Shown: positions 29,611-41,119, counted from the stretch's first letter. The stretch: DNA of 64,000 bases from Myxococcota bacterium (GCA_965250285.1 OZ252299.1:1920001-1984000), one strand, 5' to 3'. Numbers and translations are program-made. Notes: generated from the letters alone by a model not told the origin.

Positions 29611-30748
29611 CACCCAGCACGGCGGCACGAGAGGCACCCGTACACGCGGGCAGGTGATTCGGCAGGCCGAGCACCGCGTTGCGCCCCATGAGCGAGAACG
29701 CGATGGCTTCGACGGCCTCGTCGGGTACGCCATGATCGCGACAGCGCTCGATCTGGAGGTCGGGGAGCGCCGCCTGCAGCGCGTCGATCAGGGTCGGATT
29801 GAAGGCCCCCCCGCCACAGGCGAGCAGTCGACCGGGCCGCTCGGCGTCGGCGTCGATCGCCGGCAAGAGTTCGTCGACGGCGAGCGCGACACTGCGAGAC
29901 GTCAGCGCGACCAGGGTCGCGATCAAATCATCGAGCGCGCGCCCTTCGGTCACACATCGCTTCGCGAGCACCTCGGCTTCGGCCCGACCATACCGCTCGC
30001 GGCCCGTCGACTTCGGCGGCGGCTTCGTGAAGTAGGGATCGTCGAGCAGCTCTTCGAGCAGCTCGTCGTCGACCCTGCCCCGGCGACCGCGCATCCCGTC
30101 GCGGTCCATTCGCTCGCGACCTTCGGTCGCGTGCACGAGGACCGCATCGATGAGCGCGTTCGCGGGCCCGATGTCGAAGGCGACCACACGCCCCGGATCA
30201 CCGCCCGCCGGGAGCCACGTGATGTTCGACATCCCGCCGAGATTCAGAACCGCCCGGCCCTCGCCGACATCGGCGAAGGCCGCGTGGTGAAAGAACGGTG
30301 CGAGCGGAGCACCCTCGCCCCCGGCCGCCATGTCGCGCGGTCGAAAGTTCGCGACGACCGGCCGACCCGTTCGCTCGGCCAACCTCGAGGGCGAGCCGAT
30401 CTGCAACGTGCCGCCGTGCTCCGGATGGTGCGCGACCGTCTGGCCGTGGCTCGCGATCGCGCGCACCCCAGCGAGCGGCACACCCGCTTCGGCGGCGACC
30501 GCCTCGGCCGCGTCGGCCAGGGCCTCGGCGACGAAGGCATCGACCGCGACGAGCTCGGCCAGGACGTCTTCGCCAGGAAGGGACCGATCGGCCAGGCGGT
30601 GGATCCGCGCCTGAGCGTCCCTCGGGAAGGGACGCTCGATGTACGCCTGCAGCTCGAACGGGCGCGCCGAGGCGTCATCGGGCCAGTCGACGAGGGCGGC
30701 GTCGACGCCGTCCGCAGAGGTGCCCGACATCAGGCCAATGATCTTCAT
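29579..30748 (-). CDS. anmK: Anhydro-N-acetylmuramic acid kinase
   Basis: IGLMSGTSADGVD, SHGQT, TLQIG, GGEGAPL, NLGG, FDIGPAN, PKSTGRE, CGGG, EAIAF. Confidence 0.96.
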   Translation of the reverse strand: MKIIGLMSGTSADGVDAALVDWPDDASARPFELQAYIERPFPRDAQARIHRLADRSLPGEDVLAELVAVDAFVAEALADAAEAVAAEAGVPLAGVRAIASHGQTVAHHPEHGGTLQIGSPSRLAERTGRPVVANFRPRDMAAGGEGAPLAPFFHHAAFADVGEGRAVLNLGGMSNITWLPAGGDPGRVVAFDIGPANALIDAVLVHATEGRERMDRDGMRGRRGRVDDELLEELLDDPYFTKPPPKSTGRERYGRAEAEVLAKRCVTEGRALDDLIATLVALTSRSVALAVDELLPAIDADAERPGRLLACGGGAFNPTLIDALQAALPDLQIERCRDHGVPDEAVEAIAFSLMGRNAVLGLPNHLPACTGASRAAVLGERVPGADGQI

Positions 30749-31192
30749 GCGCCGGATCTTAGGCCGCTTTCGCCGCCGGTCCGCAGTCGATCCGCCCGCA
30801 TCGCCCGCCGGCCGGGTGCCGGCCCCCTCGGCGCTGGCTTGGTCCATCGACCGACCGCCTGCCCCAGCGGCACCCGACGAGGGCGCTTGGGAGTGTTCCA
30901 ACTGGTTGACAGCGATATGAAATCGGCCACTCTACGCGCGCTCTCGGCTGCGGCCGGGCCGACTCGGAGCGCCCCCGGGTCGTGGACGTTCCCCGTTCGG
31001 GGGCCAGGGTGGATCGGCGCGTCGCACGTCACCGATCCGCCCGCGTCGGCAGCGAGTCCGAAGCCTCCAAACGTCGGTTTGACGACGACTGGAATCAGCC
31101 GATCCCGGCCCCTGCGCGTGCCCGAGCGGTGCCGCGGGCGGGCCGGACGGGCCCCTGCGGCCCGGCCATCCTCACGCGGAGAACGCGAGACC

Positions 31193-31462
31193 ATGAACGA
31201 CTCCACGCGCGCCCAGGGCTGGGCGATCTGCATCGGGGCGGGGCTGCTCGCCCTGCTCTTCATCATCGGCATCCTGAACGGCAGCTACTGGGCGCTCGCG
31301 GTGCCGGTTGCGATCCTGACGCTCTTCGTGCTCGGGCTGGCCGGCTGGGTCGGCTACACGATCGCGACGATCCAGGTCGAGCCCGACCCGGCGCCCGAGG
31401 TGCTCTCGACCGACGCGCCGGCCGCGTCCGAAGCCGGCGGCGAAGCCGGCGAGACGGCCTGA
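31193..31462 (+). CDS. Small two-TM hypothetical protein heading the GT4 operon
   Basis: GGAGA RBS, two hydrophobic helices, stop 10 bp before the GT4 gene. Confidence 0.7.
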   Translation: MNDSTRAQGWAICIGAGLLALLFIIGILNGSYWALAVPVAILTLFVLGLAGWVGYTIATIQVEPDPAPEVLSTDAPAASEAGGEAGETA

Positions 31463-31472
31463 CGAGCGCACC

Positions 31473-32771
31473 ATGCGCATCGCTCTCCTCACGTATCGCG
31501 GCAACATGTTCTGCGGTGGCCAGGGCATCTATGCCTCATACCTGGCCCGAGAATGGAAGAAGGCCGGGCACGACGTGCACGTCTTCGCGGGCCCGCCGCT
31601 CCCCGACGTGGGCGACGACATCCCGGTGCACGTGATCCCGAACGACAACGTGTTCGGCTTCGACCACCCCGAGTTCTTCGACCCGCAGCGCCCCTTCTCC
31701 CTGCTCAAGCCGCTCAGCCTCTGGGAGCTCGGCGTCTCGCGCTTCGGCGTGTTCCCCGAGATGCAGACGTTCGGCTATCGGCTGATGCGGCGCTGGCCGG
31801 AGTTCCAGCGCAGGTACAAATTCGATGTCGTGTTCGACAATCAGTGTCTGTCGTGGGGCCTGCTCGGCATCCAGAAGATGGGCGTGCCCGTCACCAGCGT
31901 GATCCACCACCCGCTGCATATCGACCGCGAGGCCGACTACTCGATCGATCCCAGGCTCATCAAGAAGATCAAGCGCACGCTCTACTTCCCGCTCTTCATG
32001 CAGCAGCAGGTCGCGCCGCGCCTCGCGCGCATCGTGACGGTGAGCCAGGCCTCGGCGGTCGAGATCGAGCGCTACTTCGGCATCCCGCAGAAAGACGTGC
32101 CGGTGGTCTACAACGGCACCGACACCGATCTCTTCAAGCCCGTGCCCGGCGTCGAGAAGGAGACCGACATGCTCTTCGTCGGTCGCACCGAAGATCGCAA
32201 GAAGGGCATCGGCACCATGCTCGAGGCGCTCTCGATGCTGCCCGAGCACGTCACGCTCAAGATCGTCGACGGCCGGATCCCGACCGATGGCCTGGTGCCG
32301 CGTCTGATCTCGAAGTACGGCCTGCACGGCCGCGTGAAGATCGTCGATCGCATGCTCACGGTGCCCGAGCTCGTCGAGCAGTACTCGACGGCGAAGGTGG
32401 CGATCGTGCCCTCGTTCTTCGAGGGCTTCGGGTTCCCAGCGAGCGAGGCGATGGCCTGCGGCCTCGCCGTGATCGCGAACGCGGCCGGCGCGCTACCCGA
32501 GGTCGTCGGCACCGACGGACACGCCGGTCGACTCGTGCCGCAGCGCGATTCGCATGCCATGGCCGAGGCCATGCGCGATGTGCTTTCGAGCCCCGAAAAG
32601 ACGGCCGCGATGGGCCGCGCCGCGCGAGAACGCGTGCAGCGCATCTTCCAGTGGAGCGAGGCCGCCGCAGGGCTGGTCGATGTCTTCGAAGAGACGATCC
32701 GGGCGCGCCAGGGCGCGTCGCGCATCGGAGGGAGCGCCGGTGCTGCTCACGGTCGACCTCGAGCGGCTTGA
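31473..32771 (+). CDS. Glycosyltransferase family 4
   Basis: GGQG N-terminal motif, VYNG, KG, PSFFEGFGFPASEAMACG. Confidence 0.92.
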   Translation: MRIALLTYRGNMFCGGQGIYASYLAREWKKAGHDVHVFAGPPLPDVGDDIPVHVIPNDNVFGFDHPEFFDPQRPFSLLKPLSLWELGVSRFGVFPEMQTFGYRLMRRWPEFQRRYKFDVVFDNQCLSWGLLGIQKMGVPVTSVIHHPLHIDREADYSIDPRLIKKIKRTLYFPLFMQQQVAPRLARIVTVSQASAVEIERYFGIPQKDVPVVYNGTDTDLFKPVPGVEKETDMLFVGRTEDRKKGIGTMLEALSMLPEHVTLKIVDGRIPTDGLVPRLISKYGLHGRVKIVDRMLTVPELVEQYSTAKVAIVPSFFEGFGFPASEAMACGLAVIANAAGALPEVVGTDGHAGRLVPQRDSHAMAEAMRDVLSSPEKTAAMGRAARERVQRIFQWSEAAAGLVDVFEETIRARQGASRIGGSAGAAHGRPRAA

Positions 32772-33513
32772 CGTCCGCCCCGGCCAGCTGGTGCTCGATG
32801 CCGGCTGCGGGGAGGGTCGCCACTGCTTCGGCATGCTGTCTCGCGGCGCGCGGGTGATCGGGCTCGATCTCGACTTCCCCTCGCTGCGCGATGCGAGCAA
32901 GCGCCTGCGCAAGGAGGCGGCCAGCGCCGACTCGATCGGCGAGATGATCCAGGGCGACGCGTTTCGCCTGCCCTACCGCGACGGCACCTTCGACCGTGTG
33001 ATCTGCAGTGAGGTCATGGAGCACGTCCACGACTTCCGCGGCGCGGCGCGAGAGCTCGCGCGCGTGACCAAGCCCGGCGGCAAGGTCGCCGTGACGATCC
33101 CCACGACGACGAGCGAGCAGATCTACCTCCGTCTCGGCGACGAGTACTTCGAGAGCCCCGGCGGCCACATCCGCATCTTCTCGCCGCGGCAGCTGGCCGA
33201 AGGCCTGGCGTCGGTCGGGCTCGGCACCGTGGGCGTCGGCTTCGCCCACGGCTTTCACACCCCGTACTGGATCCTGCGCTCGGTCATGCACCTGCCCGAC
33301 GCCGACGAGAGTCGGCTCGTCCAGCTCTACCGGAAGTTCCTGATCCACATCACGGGCTCGAAGCTGATGGATCGCGTCGAGAAGCACGTGCTCAACTACG
33401 TGTGCCCGAAGAGCCTGATCCTGTACGCCGAGAAGCCCCTCGAGCCCGCTTTGGCCCCCGCGTCGCGCGGCACACGCGCGGCCCCCGAGCTCGCGGTGCC
33501 CGCCCCGGCGTAG
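32740..33513 (+). CDS. Class I SAM-dependent methyltransferase
   Basis: VLDAGCGEGRH, GDAFRLPY, FDRVICSEVMEH, RVTKPGG. Confidence 0.92.
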   Translation: MLLTVDLERLDVRPGQLVLDAGCGEGRHCFGMLSRGARVIGLDLDFPSLRDASKRLRKEAASADSIGEMIQGDAFRLPYRDGTFDRVICSEVMEHVHDFRGAARELARVTKPGGKVAVTIPTTTSEQIYLRLGDEYFESPGGHIRIFSPRQLAEGLASVGLGTVGVGFAHGFHTPYWILRSVMHLPDADESRLVQLYRKFLIHITGSKLMDRVEKHVLNYVCPKSLILYAEKPLEPALAPASRGTRAAPELAVPAPA

Positions 33514-33522
33514 GCGCGCAAC

Positions 33523-34809
33523 GTGTCGCGACCGCTGCGCGTCTGTTTCGTTGCCTACCGCGGCAACATGAACTGCGGTGGACAGGGGGTCTACCTCTGG
33601 TTCCTGGCCCGCGAGCTCGCGCGCATGGGCATCGAGGTCGACACCGTCGTCGGCCCGCCCTACCCCGACCCCATGCCCTTCTCGGGCAGCGTCGAGCGCC
33701 TGCCGAACCGCGAGTTCTGGGGCAAGTGGTTCGGCCGCGACTACCAGGGGATGATCCCCGAACGCCGACTCGACATCTTCCACCCGCTGAATTTCTATGA
33801 GCTCGCCTCGAGCTGGATGGGGTTCCTGCCCGAGCCCTTCGCGTTCAGCGTGCGCGCGCTGCGTCACCTGTCTGCACGCCTGCGCGCGGGCGAGCGCTTC
33901 GACATCGTGCACGACGTGCAGTGCCTCGGCTGGGGTCTGCTCGGCCTGCGGGCGCTGGGGCTGCCCGTGGTGACGACGGTGCATCACCCACTGACGGTCG
34001 ATCGCCGGGCCTCGTTCATTCGCGACGAGAACTTTCGCGAGGCCATCGGCTCGATGCAGTTCTACCCGATCGGGATGCAGTCGACCGTGGCCCGGCACAT
34101 CGATCGCGTGCTGACGAGCAGCGAAGAGAGCGCGCGAACCATCGTGCGCGACTTCGGCGTGCGCCCCGACCGCCTGCGCAACGTCCGCAACGGGCTCGAT
34201 ACCGATCTCTTCAGCCCCGACGCACGTGTCGAGCGCGACGAGAACGAGCTGCTCTGCGTCGGCCGCGCCTCCGACCCGAACAAGGGCATCCGCACGCTGA
34301 TCGCGGCGCTCGCGCGTGTGCCCGGCGAGCTGCACCTGACGCTGGTCGACAACGACCATCCCGGGAACGAGGTCTTCAAGTGGGCGCGCGAGGCCGGCGT
34401 CGAGAAGCGCCTCACCGTGACCGGCCGCGTGCCCCAGGACGAGCTCGTGCGGCTGTACCGACGTGCGGGTCTCGTCGTCGTGCCGTCGCGCTACGAAGGC
34501 TTCGGCCTCCCGGCCGTCGAGGCGATGGCGTGCGAGACGCCGGTCGTCGCATGTCATGCCGGCGCCCTGCCCGAGGTGATGGAGCTGTGCGGCGGAGGCG
34601 AGGTCGTGGCGCGCGACGATCCAGACGCGATCGCCGCCGGCATCGTGCGGCTGCACGATGCGAAGTCGACGCGCCGTGCGCTCGCGCGCGAAGCGCGCCG
34701 ACGCGTGGTCGAGCATCTGTCGTGGAAGACGGTGGCTCGGGCGACGGCGGAGGTCTACGCGGAGGTGCTCGACGAGCGGCGCAGCCGCGCCACGCTCCCG
34801 TCGAGCTGA
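33523..34809 (+). CDS. Glycosyltransferase family 4 (paralog of 31473-32771)
   Basis: YRGNMNCGGQGVY, NGLDT, PSRYEGFGLPAVEAMAC. Confidence 0.92.
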   Translation: MSRPLRVCFVAYRGNMNCGGQGVYLWFLARELARMGIEVDTVVGPPYPDPMPFSGSVERLPNREFWGKWFGRDYQGMIPERRLDIFHPLNFYELASSWMGFLPEPFAFSVRALRHLSARLRAGERFDIVHDVQCLGWGLLGLRALGLPVVTTVHHPLTVDRRASFIRDENFREAIGSMQFYPIGMQSTVARHIDRVLTSSEESARTIVRDFGVRPDRLRNVRNGLDTDLFSPDARVERDENELLCVGRASDPNKGIRTLIAALARVPGELHLTLVDNDHPGNEVFKWAREAGVEKRLTVTGRVPQDELVRLYRRAGLVVVPSRYEGFGLPAVEAMACETPVVACHAGALPEVMELCGGGEVVARDDPDAIAAGIVRLHDAKSTRRALAREARRRVVEHLSWKTVARATAEVYAEVLDERRSRATLPSS

Positions 34810-34830
34810 GTCGGCCGGCGGCTGGTGCGG

Positions 34831-35625
34831 TCAGGCGTCGCTGCGAGCGACGCGCCGCGGGCGGCCCGCGACGACGATGACGTCGGCGAGCGTGGGCCAG
34901 GCCTGCCCCACCCGGTGCATGATCTGGATCGACGCGTCGGCCACCGATCGCGGCAACGCGTGCATGAGCTGCGACCAGCCCGGCATCCCCCAGCCCATCG
35001 ACAGCCCTTCGACGCTCAGGATCTCGAGCTCGGCCTCGCACTGCGCGCGAATCAGATCGACCTCGTACCGCGTGAAGTGGTCGGACGGCGCGTCGTAGCC
35101 ACGCCGATCTCGCAGCGGCCCGACCCCCAGCACGTCCTGCCGAAAGTCGTCGATCGCTCGGCCTGCACGGCACGCGAGCGAGTCGAAGTTCGCGATTGCG
35201 ATCACGACGCGCCCGTCGGGTCGCGTGACGCGCGCCATCTCGGCAATCGCACGTTCGGGACAGTCGAAGTGGTCGAGGGCCCCCTTGCAGAACGCCGCGT
35301 CGAAGCTGTCGTCGGCGAAGGGCAGCGAGTCGGACCAGCCCTGCACCCAGTCGGGCATCTCCAGGTCGTTGTTCGCGGCGTAGAGCTTCGCCATCCCGGT
35401 CATGCGCGACGACGGTTCGGCGCCGAAGGCCACGACGCCGCGCTCGGCCAACGCCATGGCGTCCTGCCCGACGCCGCTGGCCACGTCGAGGATCTTGCGC
35501 CCGGGCTGCGGATCGGTGCGCTCCAGGGTGATCTCGGTCATGCGATCGAACAGAAATTCGCTGTCCGGGGTCATTCCCGTCGGGATGACGTCGCTCATGT
35601 CTCGGTCGAGGTCGACTACGCGCAT
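34831..35625 (-). CDS. Class I SAM-dependent methyltransferase
   Basis: ILDVASGVG, LPFADDSFD, EMARVTRPDG; start MRVVDLD at 35625. Confidence 0.85.
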   Translation of the reverse strand: MRVVDLDRDMSDVIPTGMTPDSEFLFDRMTEITLERTDPQPGRKILDVASGVGQDAMALAERGVVAFGAEPSSRMTGMAKLYAANNDLEMPDWVQGWSDSLPFADDSFDAAFCKGALDHFDCPERAIAEMARVTRPDGRVVIAIANFDSLACRAGRAIDDFRQDVLGVGPLRDRRGYDAPSDHFTRYEVDLIRAQCEAELEILSVEGLSMGWGMPGWSQLMHALPRSVADASIQIMHRVGQAWPTLADVIVVAGRPRRVARSDA

Positions 35626-35712
35626 GGCGGCGGACGGTAGCCAGGGGCCGCCCCGCCTGCACGCGAGGGGGCCGGCGCCGCGAGGTGCGGGCCCGGGATG
35701 GACCGAGCAGGT

Positions 35713-36984
35713 ATGATCCTCGAACCGATGACGACCGAAACCGGACAGGAGCCGCTCTCGCTCTCCCGTTCTCTGGTCGAGGCCGGCCAGGCCGCCGGCG
35801 AGCGACTCTACTCGTTTCGTGTCTACTACGTCGCGATCTTCGTCTTCCTGCTGCTCTACCTGTTCACGGTGCGCCTGGCCGAGAACGCCCTGGACGCCCA
35901 CTTCCAGGCCGTCGCCGACAGCGCGGTCATCGTGACCGACCTCGACCGCCCGATCTCGGAGCAGATCGACGAGGCTCTGGTGGCGAACATCGACGGAACG
36001 CGCTGGGTGCGCTGGGGCGGTGCCGAGGTCACCACCCTCGTCCTCGCGAGCGACGGCGTGACCTGGCTCTACGTGAACGGCCGCGACATTCCGCAGCCCG
36101 AGGGCCTCGAGCCGACCGACGTCCTGCGCCAGGCGATCGAGCTTCTGCCGGCCCAGGCCGACGTCTCGGCCTCGTTGCCGCACAACGCGCTGCTCGCGAA
36201 TGCGATCCTCATCGTGTACGCGGCCATCCTGCTCCAGTTCCTCTACTTCTACACCCGCGCGACCCAGCGGCGCGATGGCGCGCGCCTCGACGCGGCGCTC
36301 GCGTCCCGCGACGAGACGGCGATCCGCGCAGAGCAGATCTCGGTCGAGCTCGAGACCGTGCGCTCGCGCCTGCAGCAGGTCGAGCCCGCCGAGCGCGAGC
36401 ACGGCGAAGAGATCCGCTCGCTCCAGAAGGAACGCCTCACGCTGCAGTCGCAGCTGCAGCGACTCGCGACGCGCGAAGAGGAGCTGCGCGGCAAGGCCGA
36501 CCAGGCCGTCGAGCTGTCGCAGGAGGTGCGCGCCCTCGAGGACCTGCTCGAAGAGGCCGGCTCCGACCTCGCGAGCAAGGACGACGAGATCCGGGATCTC
36601 GAGCGAAACCTGAAGAAGGTCTCGAGGGGCAGTGGCTCGAGCAAGCGCGGCACCGATGCGATGGGTCGACGGCTGCGCACGCTCTACAAGGGGCTCGAGA
36701 TCGATGACCGCGCTGTCGAGGACATGGTCGGGCTGGGCGACGAGACCATGCGGCTCAAGGCCGAAGAGAAGCTCAAGCGCCTCGAGTCGGAGGCGGACAA
36801 CGTGTCGGTACGTCGCAAGGTCGGCGGACTGCCCGATCAGCTCTCGATCTTCGAGCTGGGCTTCGCCGGCAAGGGCCGCATCTACTACTGCCGCGGCCAG
36901 CAGCAGCGCTTCCGCATCCTGTGCATCGGCGCGAAGAACTCGCAAGACGCCGATCTGGACTATCTGCGACGCCACATGAGCTGA
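35713..36984 (+). CDS. Two-TM, coiled-coil protein with RelE/HigB-like C-terminal domain
   Basis: Two TM helices flanking a ~100-aa loop, long heptad-rich region, C-terminal IFELGFAGKGRIYY...ILCIGAKNSQDADL. Confidence 0.7.
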   Translation: MILEPMTTETGQEPLSLSRSLVEAGQAAGERLYSFRVYYVAIFVFLLLYLFTVRLAENALDAHFQAVADSAVIVTDLDRPISEQIDEALVANIDGTRWVRWGGAEVTTLVLASDGVTWLYVNGRDIPQPEGLEPTDVLRQAIELLPAQADVSASLPHNALLANAILIVYAAILLQFLYFYTRATQRRDGARLDAALASRDETAIRAEQISVELETVRSRLQQVEPAEREHGEEIRSLQKERLTLQSQLQRLATREEELRGKADQAVELSQEVRALEDLLEEAGSDLASKDDEIRDLERNLKKVSRGSGSSKRGTDAMGRRLRTLYKGLEIDDRAVEDMVGLGDETMRLKAEEKLKRLESEADNVSVRRKVGGLPDQLSIFELGFAGKGRIYYCRGQQQRFRILCIGAKNSQDADLDYLRRHMS

Positions 36985-37074
36985 ATCCGGCGCGGCCTGC
37001 TCGACTCAACTCGACGTGAAGCGCGCACCGCGGCCACGCATCGAAGCGCGCCGCTCGGTGGCCAGCCGCCCGGA

Positions 37075-37446
37075 TCAACCGAGGCGGTCATGAAGCAGTC
37101 GCTTCAGCTCGTCTTCGTCCCAGGGCTTCGGCAGGATCGCCAGGATCCCGGCGGCCTCGGCCCGCCCGGCCGGCACCTCTTCGGGCCAACCGGTCAGCAG
37201 CGCACGACCGACGTCGGGCCAACGCCGCGCGACCTCTTCGAGCAGCTCGAGCCCGGTTGTCCCCGGCATCTTCTGATCGGAGAGGACGAAGTCGACGCGC
37301 CGGGCTTCGAGCAGCGCCCTCGCGGCATCGGCGCCCTCGGCGAGCAGCAGCTCGAAGCCTTCACGACGCAGCGAGCGGCGCAGTGCGCTCAGGATCCGCG
37401 ACTCGTCATCCACGAGCAGCAGCGTCGGCGCCGCACCGCTAGCCAC
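37075..37446 (-). CDS. Single-domain response regulator
   Basis: LLVDDE, VLSDQKMPG, LLTG, KPW. Confidence 0.9.
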   Translation of the reverse strand: MASGAAPTLLLVDDESRILSALRRSLRREGFELLLAEGADAARALLEARRVDFVLSDQKMPGTTGLELLEEVARRWPDVGRALLTGWPEEVPAGRAEAAGILAILPKPWDEDELKRLLHDRLG

Positions 37447-37523
37447 GCGCTCGGTTCCGACCCGCCGCCTGGCCTCGCATCGTCACCTGCGAATCCATGC
37501 GGCGCGGCCCCTGGAGCGAGCGA

Positions 37524-39167
37524 TCACGCCACCGCGTCCTGATCGGGGGGCTCGAACGGCAAGGCAATCTCGAACGTCGTGCCTTCGCCGACCGTGCTCT
37601 CGACCCGCATGGTGCCCCCGTGACGCTCGACGATCGCGTACGAGAGCGAGAGACCGAGCCCCGTCCCCTCGCCCGGCTCCTTCGTGGTGAAGAAGGGATC
37701 GAAGATGCGATCGACGTGGGTCGGCTCGATGCCGACGCCCGTATCCGAGATCCGCACGAGCACACCCTCGTCGTGCGCCCGCGTCTCGATGCGGATCAGC
37801 CCCGGCTGGCTCGTGTCAAGCCGGGCCTCGATCGCCTGGTAGGCGTTCACGAGCAGGTTCATGAAGACCTGCTTGAGCTGCATGGGGTAACAGAGCAGCG
37901 GCGGCAGCGCGCCGTAGTCTTTCTCGAGCAGCGCAGAGTGACGCATCATCGTCCACACGATGTGGGCCGTGCTGTCGACGCATGCGTTGAGATCGGCGCC
38001 GTCGAGCTCACCCGTGTCCTGATGCGAGAAGTCGCGCAGATCCTGCACGATGTGACGAATGCGTTCGGCCCCTTCCTGGCTCTCGCGGACCGCCTGGCCG
38101 AGGTCGTCGCGCAGAAAGTCGAGATCGATCTCCTGTTTCACGACCTCGAGTGCCGCCGATGCGTCCTTGGCGGCGCCTTCGTCCCCCGCGTCGACCGCGG
38201 CCTTCAGTCGATCGATCGCGGGCCAGAGTCGGTCGAGATCGCCCAGGTACTCGGCCAGCTGAACCAGGTTCGCGTGGATGAAGCCCGTCGGGTTGTTGAT
38301 CTCGTGCGCAACACCGGCCGCGAGCTGGCCGATCGAAGCCATCTTCTCGGACTGCAACACCTGGCGCTGCAGCTGCTTCAGCTCGGACAGGTCTTCGACG
38401 ATCAGCACGGCGCCGCGCGGCCCGATCGCCTCGGCCTGCATCGGCGCGCAAGACAGCCCGACCGGCCGCCGGGCCCCGCCGGGCAGCAGCAGCAGCGACT
38501 CGCGCCCGGGCGCGCCTTCGAGACCATCGATCACCTGCTGGACCCAATCGAGGGCGGCGGCGTCGCCCAGCAGCGACGCCAGTGCGCGCCCTTCGACGCC
38601 GCCCCGCTCGACCTCGAGAATGTGCTCGGCGGCCGGGTTGGCGTACCGCACGATCGCATCGCCATCGAGGACGAGGAGCCCACTGCCCATGTATTCGACG
38701 ACGCTCGAGCTGAAACGTTCGAGCGCGGCGATGCGTTGGCGCGCCCGGCGGCGCTCGCGCTCGGGACGGTGCCGCTGGATCTGTTCGAGGACGACGACCG
38801 CGAGGCCGCCTTCGGAGTCATCTACGTCGGCGCGCACGCAATCGGCGGCGCCGGCTCGAAACGCCTGCACCGCGAGCTCGCCTTCGCCCTCGTAGAGGAC
38901 GACCGTCGGCGGCCCAGCCGAGCCCACGCCGTCGATCACGGTCTTCCAATCCGCGATGTCGACGCAGTCGAGCAGGATCAAATCGGTCGCGGCTTGCCGG
39001 GCGGCCTCGACGCAGGCCTCGGCCGTCGTGACCGCGACGAGCTCGAGCTCGGCACCGATGCGCGTCAATGCATCGCGCGGATCGGAATCAAGGCGCGCGC
39101 GCGGGTCCTCGGCGCCGCGGGGGCGCTCGAAGAGCACGATGCGCACGGTCGTCGACGGAGCGTCCAT
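37524..39167 (-). CDS. Cytoplasmic histidine kinase (degenerate REC-PAS-HisKA-HATPase)
   Basis: DLILLD receiver remnant, [38 protein letters not shown]. Confidence 0.9.
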   Translation of the reverse strand: MDAPSTTVRIVLFERPRGAEDPRARLDSDPRDALTRIGAELELVAVTTAEACVEAARQAATDLILLDCVDIADWKTVIDGVGSAGPPTVVLYEGEGELAVQAFRAGAADCVRADVDDSEGGLAVVVLEQIQRHRPERERRRARQRIAALERFSSSVVEYMGSGLLVLDGDAIVRYANPAAEHILEVERGGVEGRALASLLGDAAALDWVQQVIDGLEGAPGRESLLLLPGGARRPVGLSCAPMQAEAIGPRGAVLIVEDLSELKQLQRQVLQSEKMASIGQLAAGVAHEINNPTGFIHANLVQLAEYLGDLDRLWPAIDRLKAAVDAGDEGAAKDASAALEVVKQEIDLDFLRDDLGQAVRESQEGAERIRHIVQDLRDFSHQDTGELDGADLNACVDSTAHIVWTMMRHSALLEKDYGALPPLLCYPMQLKQVFMNLLVNAYQAIEARLDTSQPGLIRIETRAHDEGVLVRISDTGVGIEPTHVDRIFDPFFTTKEPGEGTGLGLSLSYAIVERHGGTMRVESTVGEGTTFEIALPFEPPDQDAVA

Positions 39168-39224
39168 ACGGAGGACTCCTGGCGAACCGGGTGGGCAGGC
39201 TCTCTGTCGGGGGGAGTCGGGAAG

Positions 39225-39596
39225 CTACCCCAGGGTCTTCGGCGCCCCAACCCCGCGCGGCTCCGCCGCGTCGTCGAACGCGTGGGCCTGATCGGCCGCG
39301 TCGTCCCCCGATGCGGACACGGCGGCCGGGCTGCGCAGCTCGGCGACGTTGATGCCGTGCTTGCCCGCCTTGCGGTAGAAGGTGCTGCGCCCGATCCCGA
39401 GCAGTCTCGCGGCCTCGGAGGCATCCCCCCACGTCTCGATCAGGGCGCGCTCCAGCGCGGCCTTCTCGTACGCATCGAGCGAGAGCGGAAGGTTCCGCTG
39501 GAGCCACTCCGGCGCCGCCAGCGCCGAAGCCGGGGCATCGGGTGCCGGTGTGGCTGCGGGGCTCGGGCCCGAGCTGGATGCGTCGCGTTCCGCCAT
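39225..39596 (-). CDS. Stand-alone Fis-type HTH protein
   Basis: LSLDAYEKAALERAL...GDASEAARLLGIGRSTFYRK with no AAA+ domain. Confidence 0.75.
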   Translation of the reverse strand: MAERDASSSGPSPAATPAPDAPASALAAPEWLQRNLPLSLDAYEKAALERALIETWGDASEAARLLGIGRSTFYRKAGKHGINVAELRSPAAVSASGDDAADQAHAFDDAAEPRGVGAPKTLG

Positions 39597-39603
39597 GCCA
39601 GCG

Positions 39604-39631
39604 GCATCGGCAGATGTTCGGAACGCCTTGA
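39604..39631 (-). promoter_or_regulatory. Sigma28-type promoter for Fis-HK-RR
   Basis: Minus strand TCAA-N16-GCCGATGC, 7 nt before ATG 39596. Confidence 0.72.
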
Positions 39632-39727
39632 GCGGGCGATGCCTTCGCCCGCGCCGCACTCGCGCTTGCTCCGTCTTCCACACGCCTCTATGTTCGTAAG
39701 GCCCCCTCCGCCACGCGGAGAAGTCCC

Positions 39728-41119
<1,392 letters not shown>

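Noticed and set aside
30906..30933. TTGACA promoter upstream of the GT4 operon
   Set aside because: Perfect -35 but poor -10 (CACTCT at 16 nt spacing); too weak to call
34831..36975. 714-aa methyltransferase fusion in the ORF track
   Set aside because: The upstream part is antisense to the 35713-36984 gene; the real start is near 35625
39654..39670. Sigma54-like site upstream of the activator (CCGCACTCGCGCTTGCT)
   Set aside because: Lacks the invariant GG at -24
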